A DNA stretch of 31,568 nucleotides from contig CAZWDF010000002.1 in NCBI GenBank assembly GCA_964632335.1, forward strand, positions 1-31,568. Reading direction: 5' to 3'. Numbering within the stretch: position 1 is the first letter of the stretch; every line of letters starts with the position of its first letter. This stretch comes from an uncultured Candidatus Saccharibacteria bacterium (GTDB lineage Bacteria > Patescibacteriota > Minisyncoccia > Minisyncoccales > CAZWDF01). This document shows, one piece after another, positions 16,869 to 25,194 of this stretch. The notes under the pieces were generated by a model. That model worked only from the letters and a program-made list of their open reading frames with translations. It was not told the DNA's origin and searched no databases. The translations under genes and the position numbers were made by a program.

Positions 16869-17291
16869 TTAACCATATCTCTGTAAGATTTCTCTTGCGA
16901 ATTTAACTAAGTCCTTAACCTTTGCACCTTTTGGTTGCCAGGATACCCATAATTCAAGATTCTCTATTCTGTTATCATCCTTGACACCATTCTTATGATG
17001 GACACTTTCACCGGGTAGTAATTTCCGACCTAGATATTCCTGCATAACAAGTCGATGGAGAAGTTGTCCTTGTCTCTCTCCGTCAACATATCTGCGGATA
17101 TATCCCTTTGGTTCTTTATAATCATGTCTTTTTCTTATAGGTTTATCAGTAGAACCATACCTTTGAAATCTTCCCCAATGTATCCGACAATAACCATGAC
17201 TCCTGAGATTGAGATTGCATCCTTCAACTTGGCATTTCTGTGGCACCCGATGCCCAAATTTGTGTTTTGGTTTTTCTTCTTCATTATTCAT
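16869..17291 (-). CDS. HNH endonuclease (HNH_3-like) with N-terminal Zn motif
   Basis: [25 protein letters not shown]; C.VEGC..GYCRIH. Confidence 0.85.
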   Translation of the reverse strand: MNNEEEKPKHKFGHRVPQKCQVEGCNLNLRSHGYCRIHWGRFQRYGSTDKPIRKRHDYKEPKGYIRRYVDGERQGQLLHRLVMQEYLGRKLLPGESVHHKNGVKDDNRIENLELWVSWQPKGAKVKDLVKFAREILQRYG

Positions 17292-17930
17292 GCCTTAATA
17301 TTAACACAAGCTCTTAACAAATACAACCCAATGTATTCCGTGTAGGCTGGGGGGATTGCTTGGGTTAGCTCTCTTATATCCATCCAGTCTATCTGCATGG
17401 CTTTTTCAAGACGTGGCTTAGTCCAGATATTCGGTAAATGCCCCCTTTTAACACTTGTTCCGTGATGGTATGGTAGGTAACCTTCGGCTCGATAATTTTT
17501 GACTTGATGAGGTGCGGGGATAAGAAGAATATCAAAACCAGATAACTCAAATAACCGGCGTCTGATAATCTTTAATCCAAATGACATTCCCGATAGTTCA
17601 ATAGGATTTTCAAGTGGCGCACCAAGGACATTCTCAATCACGAAAGGTTTAGCCGTTTCCTTCAAAGCGAGACGAGTATCATCAATATATTTGCCTGCGC
17701 CTTTCACGCCTTGCATATATTGAGAAATAGAATAGCTTTGGCATGGCGGGCTGGCGTGGTAGGCATCATAGCCTTCCAAGGGAAAGGTCAAGGCATCGGC
17801 TTGGTAGAACTCAAAGGGGTAATGAGGCTGTGGACGATTGTCAATTCCTACGATACGGAAACCTGCTAGGTAATAACCGAGAGCTGCTCCGCCGGCACCA
17901 GAAAAGAGGTCTAGGAGAACTGGGCGTTTT
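17288..17930 (-). CDS. C5-cytosine methyltransferase-like protein (short phage type); start codon unclear
   Basis: [10 protein letters not shown] (motif I), ASPPCQ (motif IV), IENV (motif VI), AIPP; no nearby in-frame ATG/GTG/TTG. Confidence 0.75.
17298..17326 (-). promoter_or_regulatory. Candidate leaderless promoter for HNH 16869..17291, inside the 3' end of the MTase
   Basis: TTGTAT-17-TAATAT, with TG extension, 6 nt before the ATG. Confidence 0.45.
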
Positions 17931-18477
17931 GCGTAATCGTCGTTCCAACTATCTTCCCAGTCAAAGTAAGCTCGTAATGATGGTTTGCACAGAGAAGACG
18001 GAAGTCGGATACGTGTTCCTTGATGTACTTCAAATGACGTGGATGCCTGTAGGGCTTCCCGTTTGTCGTAGGAATATAGTCCACATGAAGCCAATTCGGA
18101 TTGCTCACGCCGCATACTATACATTTACCCCCCAGTATGCGGATGATTTCAAGGCGCTCATTATGTTGTTTCTCTCGCCATGCCCCTGGATGTTTGGCAA
18201 TACGTCTGGAGTTATAAGTAGCCATGATACTAGGGTGTGCTTGGTGCCATGCCAAAGTATTCTTTTGGTAAGCCTTCTTGCTACACGCCTGAGAGCAGTA
18301 GCGCCGATTTTGATCGCCTCTATTGATAGGGAATTCCTTACCACAGACTTTGCAATTACGCACGTTGGGTAAGTGCTTTGCGTATCGCTGAGAGCAACGG
18401 TAGGAACAAAACTTTTTCCGAGATGGTCGTATGGCTTCAACTTCTCGGTCGCAATAGAGACACTTGATTGTTGACAT
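17911..18477 (-). CDS. Zn-finger plus HNH-like endonuclease inserted at the MTase 5' end
   Basis: Repeated CxxC..FCS..C modules; CIVCG..LHVDYI..FRLLCANHH. Confidence 0.7.
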   Translation of the reverse strand: MSTIKCLYCDREVEAIRPSRKKFCSYRCSQRYAKHLPNVRNCKVCGKEFPINRGDQNRRYCSQACSKKAYQKNTLAWHQAHPSIMATYNSRRIAKHPGAWREKQHNERLEIIRILGGKCIVCGVSNPNWLHVDYIPTTNGKPYRHPRHLKYIKEHVSDFRLLCANHHYELTLTGKIVGTTITQNAQFS

Positions 18478-18482
18478 ACTTT

Positions 18483-18511
18483 ATTATAACATAACATCAT
18501 TTGTGCGTCAA
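18483..18511 (-). promoter_or_regulatory. Consensus sigma70 promoter driving the leaderless HNH 17911..18477
   Basis: TTGACG-17-TATAAT with extended TG; ATG 5 nt downstream. Confidence 0.75.
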
Positions 18512-18512
18512 C

Positions 18513-18548
18513 TGCACCACAGAACAAATCTAATAATCTAGGTTTCAT
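18513..18548 (-). pseudogene. Orphaned 5' stub of the C5 MTase (MKPRLLDLFCGA)
   Basis: SD GAGG plus ATG; canonical MTase motif I start, homology ends at the inserted promoter. Confidence 0.7.
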
Positions 18549-18562
18549 ACATCCTCAATCAG

Positions 18563-18579
18563 CTCGAAGAGTCTTTGAC
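18563..18579 (-). promoter_or_regulatory. Dispersed 17-bp palindrome, copy 3
   Basis: Reverse complement GTCAAAGACTCTTCGAG, just upstream of the SD of the MTase stub. Confidence 0.7.
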
Positions 18580-18597
18580 CAGTGGTGGGTGTGCATC

Positions 18598-18921
18598 TTA
18601 GTCATTGTTATATTTCTTGCGAAATTCGGCTTCTTCCCTAGCACGTGCCCGACTTGCTGCCCTGGCATCGCAGGGAGAATGGCCTTCGCCACTATGGAAA
18701 CTGTTCCAAATTCTCTCGACTTCCTGTGCGGCAGAATCCTTCGAGATAGAAGCCTGTAATGCTCCCCCGCAGGTGCAATAAAATCTCAAACTTCTCATTT
18801 GCCTTCCTTTCACCCCCAGAAATAAACCGAGAAGATTATTAAAACTAGGCTCCCCATCAGCCATCCCAGGAATGCCACCGGATTCCCATTTGCATAAACA
18901 TATCCGGCAAGACAAAGGCAC
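18598..18921 (-). CDS. Hypothetical protein; real start probably near MRSLRFYCTCG
   Basis: CTCG..HSGEGH..C putative Zn ligands. Confidence 0.45.
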   Translation of the reverse strand: MPLSCRICLCKWESGGIPGMADGEPSFNNLLGLFLGVKGRQMRSLRFYCTCGGALQASISKDSAAQEVERIWNSFHSGEGHSPCDARAASRARAREEAEFRKKYNND

Positions 18922-19105
18922 AACACCGCGCAGAACCCGAGCATGATGCTAACCTTTTTCATTTGCCTCTCTTCCACTCCTCGTAGATGCTGCACCTCTG
19001 GCAGATGCCCTCCTGGCAGAGGGTCTTCTTGTCGGCCCAACATAACTTGCCCTTAAAGGATTTCATTAAACGATTGCCTTTAATGTTTGACTTAAATCAT
19101 TCATT

Positions 19106-19912
19106 TCACGCCCCCAGCTCCATCACGGTCTGCGAGCATCTTCTCGCCGCGATCTCTGCATAGCGTTCCTCAATTTCTATCCCGATGCACTTTCGCCCTA
19201 GCTTCTTGGCACAGTAGGCGGTTGTGCCTGAGCCGAGGAAGGGGTCGAGGATAACCTCACCTTGCTGCGTTGATTGGGATATGAGAACTTTGAATAACCC
19301 AGTTGGCTTTTGTGTTGGGACTTCTTGGTCTGCTCCTTCAATACGTTTGCATTGGATAACATCGGGGATAGACAGGTCGTTTAACCTTCGGTTCTTTCCT
19401 TTGTCAAACATCAATATAAGTTCATAACAGCAACGATAGTGATAACCCATCCCCATTGATAACTTGTCCCAAACCAGCGTTTTTAAATGGTCGAAAGGTG
19501 GTGCATAATCTCGCTGACACGGATTCCCGTATTTGTCGCAACAGTTGAAGCCCAACCGCATGAGAATGTAGAAAGATGGTAATGTCACTTCATCACACAT
19601 CACGTAAGCATGTCGGGATTCTTTCAAGGATTCTGAAAACTGGTAAGTCAATGCCATCAAATTCTCATTCGGTATTGTCTTGAAGAACTTACTCTCATCA
19701 TCAGCCCCGCTACCCTTTCTTCCCATACCCATCCGTGCCGTAGTGCCAATACCCTCCCATCTTCTCATGCTCTCGTACGGTGGGTCAGTCAGCACTAGAT
19801 CAATGCTCCCCGCCGGTATCAGAGGCAGAACCTGACGGCAGTCAGCGTGGACTATGCACACCGCATCATCTGAATAGTAGGGCTTCGTGATCCCGAACTT
19901 ACTCCAGTCCAT
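19106..19912 (-). CDS. N6-adenine/N4-cytosine DNA methyltransferase (beta class)
   Basis: DLVLTDPPY (motif IV) precedes ILDPFLGSGTT (motif I); PTQKP; IGIEIEERY. Confidence 0.9.
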   Translation of the reverse strand: MDWSKFGITKPYYSDDAVCIVHADCRQVLPLIPAGSIDLVLTDPPYESMRRWEGIGTTARMGMGRKGSGADDESKFFKTIPNENLMALTYQFSESLKESRHAYVMCDEVTLPSFYILMRLGFNCCDKYGNPCQRDYAPPFDHLKTLVWDKLSMGMGYHYRCCYELILMFDKGKNRRLNDLSIPDVIQCKRIEGADQEVPTQKPTGLFKVLISQSTQQGEVILDPFLGSGTTAYCAKKLGRKCIGIEIEERYAEIAARRCSQTVMELGA

Positions 19913-20007
19913 TCTCTACCACACCACCAACACATTGCCGGTGGTGATGTACCAGCCGGTAGTTAGGTGCAGCCAGTAGTGGGTTACATAGCAATTCATA
20001 AACGTAA

Positions 20008-20292
20008 TCATTTCCCCTCCTTCTCTATTCGTGAATCTTCGATCTCTATCGGCTGGACTGGTCGCCAGCTCTTGTTGTAATCATGGCCACCGAATAAATA
20101 GCGTCCCACAGTCGGAGGATTAATCTTCAGCCAGCACCTTTCAGCCAGGATTGCCATGATTTCATTGGTCTTACAACGACTACAATCACTGCTATATTCC
20201 TCACATCGTGCAAATCTGCACCATGCGTTAAACCCGGGCTCGCAAATCTTGGCTATCTCTAACCGTAACTGCTCTTGCTCCTTGCTCATCAT
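20008..20292 (-). CDS. Hypothetical Cys-containing protein
   Basis: ORF track, co-oriented and tightly packed. Confidence 0.5.
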   Translation of the reverse strand: MMSKEQEQLRLEIAKICEPGFNAWCRFARCEEYSSDCSRCKTNEIMAILAERCWLKINPPTVGRYLFGGHDYNKSWRPVQPIEIEDSRIEKEGK

Positions 20293-20321
20293 TCTCCTTT
20301 TAGTGGCTCAATGAGGGCTGA

Positions 20322-20588
20322 CTATTCTATCCCCCATTCTTTGAGTTTGTTATTCCATCTATCCTTAAAACTGACTGGAATAGACGCCATATTCAGCATG
20401 GGAAATACCTCATCATTAACAAACTCCACCACTTCCTTAATCCCTGCCTTGAAGGAGATTTCAGCCTGGCCTTGAGCTATAATCTTGCACCACCCAGTTA
20501 CATTTTCGGCTTTACCCTCTTTTGACTTTTGCAACCTCACTTCGTTTATGGCGGCTATTGTCATTACAGTATCTTTCGCTTCTAGCAT
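20322..20588 (-). CDS. Hypothetical phage protein
   Basis: AEISFKAGIKEVVE..W..KLKEWG motif recalled from small phage proteins. Confidence 0.55.
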   Translation of the reverse strand: MLEAKDTVMTIAAINEVRLQKSKEGKAENVTGWCKIIAQGQAEISFKAGIKEVVEFVNDEVFPMLNMASIPVSFKDRWNNKLKEWGIE

Positions 20589-21004
20589 TTAACTAACCAC
20601 CTTCCATATGCCTCTTTACGACATAATCTACAGTCTCTTCCTGGTCTATCAGGACGTAAGTATGTGTTCTCATCATCATAGGGATGCCCTTTGGGACAAT
20701 GAGTTTTGCTTTCTTGATATTGCCTTCCGATTTCTGGCAATAAACCTCGCCTTATATTTTCGCTACGAGTTACAAGTTCCATATGGGCAGGATTAACACA
20801 TTTTCTATTCCTGCAAATATGGTCTATCTCCAAGTCCAAAGGAATGATTCCTACTAAAGTCTCATAGGCAAAGCGATGTGCCTTAATCTTTTTTCTGTTG
20901 ACATAAAAACTACCATATCCATTTGCATAACAACTCGCCGTCCATTCCCAACAGCCATCAGGAGTTCTATTTATGTTCTTCCAGAATCTAGCAATAGCTT
21001 CCAT
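20582..21004 (-). CDS. HNH endonuclease (HNH_3-like; start MEAIARF)
   Basis: GCWEWT..NGYG..KAHRFAYE..LEIDHICRNRKCVNPAHME; KTHCPKGHPY. Confidence 0.88.
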   Translation of the reverse strand: MEAIARFWKNINRTPDGCWEWTASCYANGYGSFYVNRKKIKAHRFAYETLVGIIPLDLEIDHICRNRKCVNPAHMELVTRSENIRRGLLPEIGRQYQESKTHCPKGHPYDDENTYLRPDRPGRDCRLCRKEAYGRWLVKC

Positions 21005-21219
21005 TGCTTCTCTCTCCTTTCTCTTGTTTGAAAGGGCATCCCCTACAGTGCCAGTCGCATCTAGCAGAATACCTTCTATCAATTTTGATAACCTTTCTAT
21101 ATCTCATTCTTCTTTCCTAGTGGATCAGTGAGGTTAAGGTATTATCCTTAGATTTCATGGCTACTCCTTCCCTTTGCCAGCTTGCCCAGAGCTACGGCCT
21201 GACCTAATATCCACTCTGG

Positions 21220-21237
21220 GTCAAAGACTCTTTCGAG
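21220..21237 (+). promoter_or_regulatory. Dispersed palindrome, copy 4 (1-nt insertion)
   Basis: GTCAAAGACTCTTTCGAG. Confidence 0.55.
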
Positions 21238-21393
21238 CTGATGGGTTTCTGCCTATCCCTCGGCCCTTAAGCGGGTTGCTGGCAGGCCCCATCTGGCAAC
21301 TAGCCCTGAGCCTACACGGACATCCCCTCCTGCCACTATTTGCACCCCTGCATTTCTGTCCTCATACACGCTAGAGTGCTACCCTCGGCTCAG

Positions 21394-21410
21394 GTCAAAG
21401 ACTCTTTGAG
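21394..21410 (+). promoter_or_regulatory. Dispersed 17-bp palindrome, copy 5
   Basis: GTCAAAGACTCTTTGAG, perfect inverted repeat abutting the stop codon at 21411. Confidence 0.7.
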
Positions 21411-21677
21411 CTATTCGACCTCATCTGGGACAAAGACAAGTGTGCCACTCTTGCCTTTATTTCTCTTACCCAAAAGTATGGCAGCATTACCGTCACTATC
21501 CGTATTGAATCTAATTCCCAATTCCCCTATCTGGCAATGCACTCCCTCGACTCGGAGTGCTGCTTCGTAAGCAGCTGCACCAGCTTCAAAGTAGTCAACG
21601 TCAAATGGAATTTCTTTAGCGTGAACGAGCTTATTCAATTCTTCTAACTGAATAACCTTCCAATTCTTAGGTCTCAT
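21411..21677 (-). CDS. Hypothetical phage protein
   Basis: MRPKNW..FEAGA..GTLVFVPD; SD GGAGG. Confidence 0.6.
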   Translation of the reverse strand: MRPKNWKVIQLEELNKLVHAKEIPFDVDYFEAGAAAYEAALRVEGVHCQIGELGIRFNTDSDGNAAILLGKRNKGKSGTLVFVPDEVE

Positions 21678-21686
21678 TCTCGCCTC

Positions 21687-21860
21687 CTATTGCAACTCAC
21701 CCTCTTTGAGTTTATGCCACTTCCTAATCTCCCAAAAGCCAAAACAAAAAAACCAATCATAAATATAAGCAAGGTCGGACACTTCTTTGTGCCATCTAAA
21801 CCAATAAAAACCCCGCCACTCAGGAAACCAATTAACGAATTGGAATCGCTTTTTATTCAC
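21687..21860 (-). CDS. 57-aa Trp/Phe-rich peptide (not in ORF track)
   Basis: GTG start coupled to the VRR-NUC stop; MNKKRFQFVNWFPEWRGFYWFRWH.. Confidence 0.5.
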   Translation of the reverse strand: MNKKRFQFVNWFPEWRGFYWFRWHKEVSDLAYIYDWFFCFGFWEIRKWHKLKEGELQ

Positions 21861-22213
21861 TGCAACTCCACCTCGGCCACTCGGGGGTCAAAGTGACAAA
21901 GATACGGATATAAGTCATGCAACTTTTTGATGACGACAGCCCAGGCACCCTGTTTCAAAACTTCATCCATGAAGTCATATTGGGCTTGGCTTAATTTGCC
22001 ACTATCTCCCTTCGTCTCCACATAAACCAAATGCCCTTTAATCAGCACCATGTAGTCGAAAGTGCCAGGACGACAGAGTTTGATTCGACGTCTACCTCCA
22101 GCAAACAGGGCAATGATTTCCCCACTATTCAGCCTGTCCCAGTACAGGATTCCCTTCTTTTCGAGGATTGAGAGATACTCTTCAAGGCTCTGCTTCAGTT
22201 CGGATTCCTTCAC
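21857..22213 (-). CDS. VRR-NUC domain nuclease (Holliday-junction resolvase-like)
   Basis: RLNSG..PGTFDYMV..VYVETK..GKLSQAQYDF. Confidence 0.8.
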   Translation of the reverse strand: MKESELKQSLEEYLSILEKKGILYWDRLNSGEIIALFAGGRRRIKLCRPGTFDYMVLIKGHLVYVETKGDSGKLSQAQYDFMDEVLKQGAWAVVIKKLHDLYPYLCHFDPRVAEVELQ

Positions 22214-22380
22214 TTCGCCACATCCTTTGCCTTTATTGCCAGACACCGCCTACACAATGGCTCTGTTTTGGCTGTGCGTCTCCAATGCAACAAGCCACAT
22301 AGCGTTGTGAAATCAGCACCGCACCACGTATCTTTTATTAGGTGAATCTTTTTGCCTCCCTTTGCCCTAACGTATGTCAT
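22210..22380 (-). CDS. 56-aa Zn-binding mini-protein (not in ORF track)
   Basis: KIHL..TLCG..LCRRC; SD AAGGA. Confidence 0.5.
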   Translation of the reverse strand: MTYVRAKGGKKIHLIKDTWCGADFTTLCGLLHWRRTAKTEPLCRRCLAIKAKDVAK

Positions 22381-22410
22381 TTCCTTACCTTCTCCAGCCC
22401 CAGATGATTC

Positions 22411-22596
22411 TCATTTGCTTGTCTCTTTACGACTATTGGTACGAATGTACCTTAGTATATTCTTGGGGGTGTAATAAGTAAGTTCCTGTTCCTTCTCATA
22501 AGGTGGATTTTTTATGATAGCTAGTATCCTATTCCACGGCATACCAGCAGGTATGGTATCATCTATGATTTGAAATTCTTGTTTGCCTTTCCTCAT
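22411..22596 (-). CDS. Hypothetical protein (start MRKGKQ)
   Basis: SD GGAAGGAG 5 nt upstream of the ATG. Confidence 0.5.
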   Translation of the reverse strand: MRKGKQEFQIIDDTIPAGMPWNRILAIIKNPPYEKEQELTYYTPKNILRYIRTNSRKETSK

Positions 22597-22601
22597 TCTC
22601 A

Positions 22602-22738
22602 CTCCTTCCCGCATCCGGGGGAGAGGTGCTTCACACCTACAAGATTAAATTTTGTTTCTCCTCGTAGAGTCTTCGACCCGAGGGTAGAATCTGTTTCACT
22701 AGTCGCCCCCAGACTCTACCCCCGGGATGGAAAGGAGA
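22602..22738 (-). ncRNA. Putative structured cis-regulatory RNA containing palindrome copy 6 (22661-22677)
   Basis: Outer stem 22602-21 / 22719-37, hairpin 22624-38, 12-bp stem 22682-93 / 22710-21. Confidence 0.45.
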
Positions 22739-22744
22739 TAGGGA

Positions 22745-23578
22745 CTATTCAGGGTACAACTTCTTCACTGCTTCAAGAGCCTTAACTGGTCCCTGCTTCC
22801 ACTCTGCCATAGTCTTCACCCCCAACATTGCTACCACATCTGCTTGAATGAGACCTTTCTTTCGGGAATAAGTCCAAAGTTCAGTATAGTCATCTGACTT
22901 TGTGGCTTTGGGCTTTTCTGCTTCGGTTTGGGGCTTTGCCTCTGGGCTTTGTCCTATTGGACTCTCAGGCTCAACCGCTTCCTTCTCTATACTCTCAGGC
23001 ATGTCTTCCAAATCCTGAGTGAACACATTAGACAGCCTACCGGCACTCAGGGCCGCATCCACCAAGGCTCGCTTCTTTGCCATCTTTAGGATAGTGTTGA
23101 CTTGGCTGAAAATGTCCTCATTATCAAAACGATAGACTGTCCAATGTCCACCTGTTTTAGAACGTCTTTCCTGGCTAACCAACTTAGTCTTATCAATTCC
23201 CTCTGGTAAATCCCTCTCACCTATCCACCGGTAGTGGTATTTGCTCTCCATACTGTTACATTCGCCAAAGCCCTGCGATATGATAGTCCCAGTTGCCAAA
23301 TGCCGAAGGTTGCACTGTAGCAGGTATCGGAAAAATGGCTTATTCCAATCCTCTTGCCTATCCAAGATTTCATATTCATCTGCCAAGCCAAGAAGTTTGA
23401 CTATCTTCTCGGCACCAGGCTTTAGTAACGTGGGCTTTGTAGTGCCGGGGATCACGCCATAATCCTGATCCTTGACCATGTTGGCATGAACTATTTGCTG
23501 GAACTTGTTGATTGCCTGAATGCTTTGCCTGAATTGTGCCTCGTCTGGTAGTGCTAGTGCTGTAGTTTCCATTGTCAT
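22745..23578 (-). CDS. Putative single-strand annealing protein (Rad52/Erf-like, inferred)
   Basis: DYGVIPGTTKPTLLKPGAEK..KMAKKRALVDA..FTQDLED; next to a PD-(D/E)XK nuclease. Confidence 0.5.
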   Translation of the reverse strand: MTMETTALALPDEAQFRQSIQAINKFQQIVHANMVKDQDYGVIPGTTKPTLLKPGAEKIVKLLGLADEYEILDRQEDWNKPFFRYLLQCNLRHLATGTIISQGFGECNSMESKYHYRWIGERDLPEGIDKTKLVSQERRSKTGGHWTVYRFDNEDIFSQVNTILKMAKKRALVDAALSAGRLSNVFTQDLEDMPESIEKEAVEPESPIGQSPEAKPQTEAEKPKATKSDDYTELWTYSRKKGLIQADVVAMLGVKTMAEWKQGPVKALEAVKKLYPE

Positions 23579-23757
23579 CTTTCTTCTCCTTCCTTTTTCT
23601 CTGTTATGGATATAGCTTTTTCGTAGGCTTTAGAAACTGCTGCCTCGGCTTGCTGGAGGGTAACCGCAGCATTTCTTACTTGCCTCATCGCTACCTCAAA
23701 CTCTTCCCACGCCTCAGCCTTTGCCTTCTTATAGGCTCTGTGTTTCTTGTCCATCAT
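23575..23757 (-). CDS. Small coiled-coil protein
   Basis: Helical Ala/Glu/Lys-rich; coupled to neighbouring genes. Confidence 0.5.
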   Translation of the reverse strand: MMDKKHRAYKKAKAEAWEEFEVAMRQVRNAAVTLQQAEAAVSKAYEKAISITEKKEGEER

Positions 23758-23774
23758 TCTCCCCCTTATCCTAC

Positions 23775-24446
23775 TTATCCTATTAGACCCTTCACGGTCT
23801 TGTGCCTCTTATGCAGATTCAAACAACTCAGAAAGGACTCCCACGCATCCGGCAATTCCTGTCTCCAGATGTGGTCGAAGCCCGCCGTGTCTTTGTCTAT
23901 GCGGAGCAGGTGGAATCCGCCCTCCAGTAGCATATCAGGGTGATTCTCTTCCCATGCTGCACGGTAGGCGGCAATCTGAAGGGCATACTCCTCGTGGATG
24001 GAATTGCTACTCTTCCAGTCAAACAAGCAAAGCCTGTCGTTTATCCGGGCAATGCAGTCTGGCGTAGCCCCATACTGCCAAATCTCAGAGACAAGATGTG
24101 GTTCGAGGGCCACAACTTCAAGATGATTCTGCCCTTTCCAAACAGTGAAACTAACAAAGGCTTGTATAGCCTTTAACTTTATGCCCTCTTCAACCTCTTC
24201 GGGAATATGGTATTCCTCTTTCTTTAGGTTAGCCTCAATCATTGCATGGCATATCGTTCCCGCATCCGCCGCCCTCTGCATTGTCCCTTTATAATCTTGT
24301 GGTCTTCCCGATAAGCCGTCATCATGCCCTCTGTTATAGTTCCAAATACACAATGGGGTCTTTGACCAGCCAAGGTTAGAGCCAATGATAGTTGTAGTCC
24401 CCGATACCCGATCGCCGTTTTTGTTTCTGTAGTCAATCGTAGGCAT
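23775..24446 (-). CDS. PD-(D/E)XK exonuclease-like protein (start MPTIDY)
   Basis: GTICHAMIE..YGATPDCIA..LFDWKSS..LQIAAY. Confidence 0.85.
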   Translation of the reverse strand: MPTIDYRNKNGDRVSGTTTIIGSNLGWSKTPLCIWNYNRGHDDGLSGRPQDYKGTMQRAADAGTICHAMIEANLKKEEYHIPEEVEEGIKLKAIQAFVSFTVWKGQNHLEVVALEPHLVSEIWQYGATPDCIARINDRLCLFDWKSSNSIHEEYALQIAAYRAAWEENHPDMLLEGGFHLLRIDKDTAGFDHIWRQELPDAWESFLSCLNLHKRHKTVKGLIG

Positions 24447-24456
24447 TGTTTTCCTT

Positions 24457-24708
24457 TCAGTGGATTGGCTTGTGCCACTCCCCAACCGTGGCAATGGCCT
24501 CCTCCCGCCCTGCCTCAAAGGTTTTACCCTTGATGAGGTCAATAAGCTCGGTAAGTGTGCCTTCCCACACCAACTCATCAGTATGGATAAGCCTTAACTC
24601 CCACCGTCCCCCTCCCTCATGGGCTTTGAGGTTCCCCTCGAGTGTTACAAATTGCCTATCACCTTCGGACTCATAGCACCGGAACCCCATCGATTTATAG
24701 TTTTCCAT
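24457..24708 (-). CDS. Hypothetical protein
   Basis: SD AGGAG; co-oriented. Confidence 0.5.
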   Translation of the reverse strand: MENYKSMGFRCYESEGDRQFVTLEGNLKAHEGGGRWELRLIHTDELVWEGTLTELIDLIKGKTFEAGREEAIATVGEWHKPIH

Positions 24709-24720
24709 GTCTCTCCTTTC

Positions 24721-24933
24721 CTAGTTCCTTGACGATAGCGCCTCTATCGCCAACCCTTCCATGCGTTCCACAAACTCATTTCTTCTCTGTATTTGAATCT
24801 CCCCCCACAACTGGCATGTTGCCGGGGCGGGTAGTCCTACATCTTCACCATGGTGGTGTGTCTTGGTATGAACTCCAGCCGATAGAAAGGTCGGCTGCTG
24901 CTCTTTGCAATTAAGACACTTGATGGTCTGCAT
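24721..24933 (-). CDS. Small Cys-containing hypothetical protein
   Basis: CLNC..C. Confidence 0.5.
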   Translation of the reverse strand: MQTIKCLNCKEQQPTFLSAGVHTKTHHHGEDVGLPAPATCQLWGEIQIQRRNEFVERMEGLAIEALSSRN

Positions 24934-25170
24934 TTACTTCATCCTCTCCGTAAATTCCTTCTTTGTGAGACCGCAATCCAAACAAACTCCATCTGAGAAA
25001 AAATGACCGTAGAGGGATCGCTTACCGTGTCTCTTCCATCCAATAACACGGTAGAGTTTGAGTCCCTCTTTTACCGAAGGCTTTGCCATTTTCCCTCTCC
25101 TTTCTTTTAGGCAGCCTGGCGAGCAAAGCGGTAACTCTGCCAAGAGGTGACATGACCTAACGAGGTACAA

Positions 25171-25187
25171 GTCAAAGACTCTTCGAG
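25171..25187 (+). promoter_or_regulatory. Dispersed 17-bp palindrome, copy 7
   Basis: GTCAAAGACTCTTCGAG, 7 nt after the stop of the HTH gene. Confidence 0.7.
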
Positions 25188-25194
25188 CTGGCGC

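Noticed and set aside
17743-18372. 209-aa + strand ORF, and other antisense ORFs (e.g. 990-1280, 7554-7943, 28968-29414, 23572-23943, 21690-21896)
   Set aside because: Shadow frames opposite well-supported genes, with no SD or motifs
17911-18512. Group I intron or intein splitting the MTase
   Set aside because: The insert is filled by a promoter plus the HNH ORF with no room for a ribozyme core; motif I is duplicated rather than split; no intein termini
18575-18586. TTGACCAGTGGT shared with positions 6-17, and TTGAC at palindrome ends as -35 boxes
   Set aside because: No acceptable -10 at 16-18 nt in these copies; the 12-mer match may be chance
21220-21410. Palindrome copies as a CRISPR mini-array
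   Set aside because: 17-bp units, 174-bp spacing, dispersed elsewhere, no cas genes
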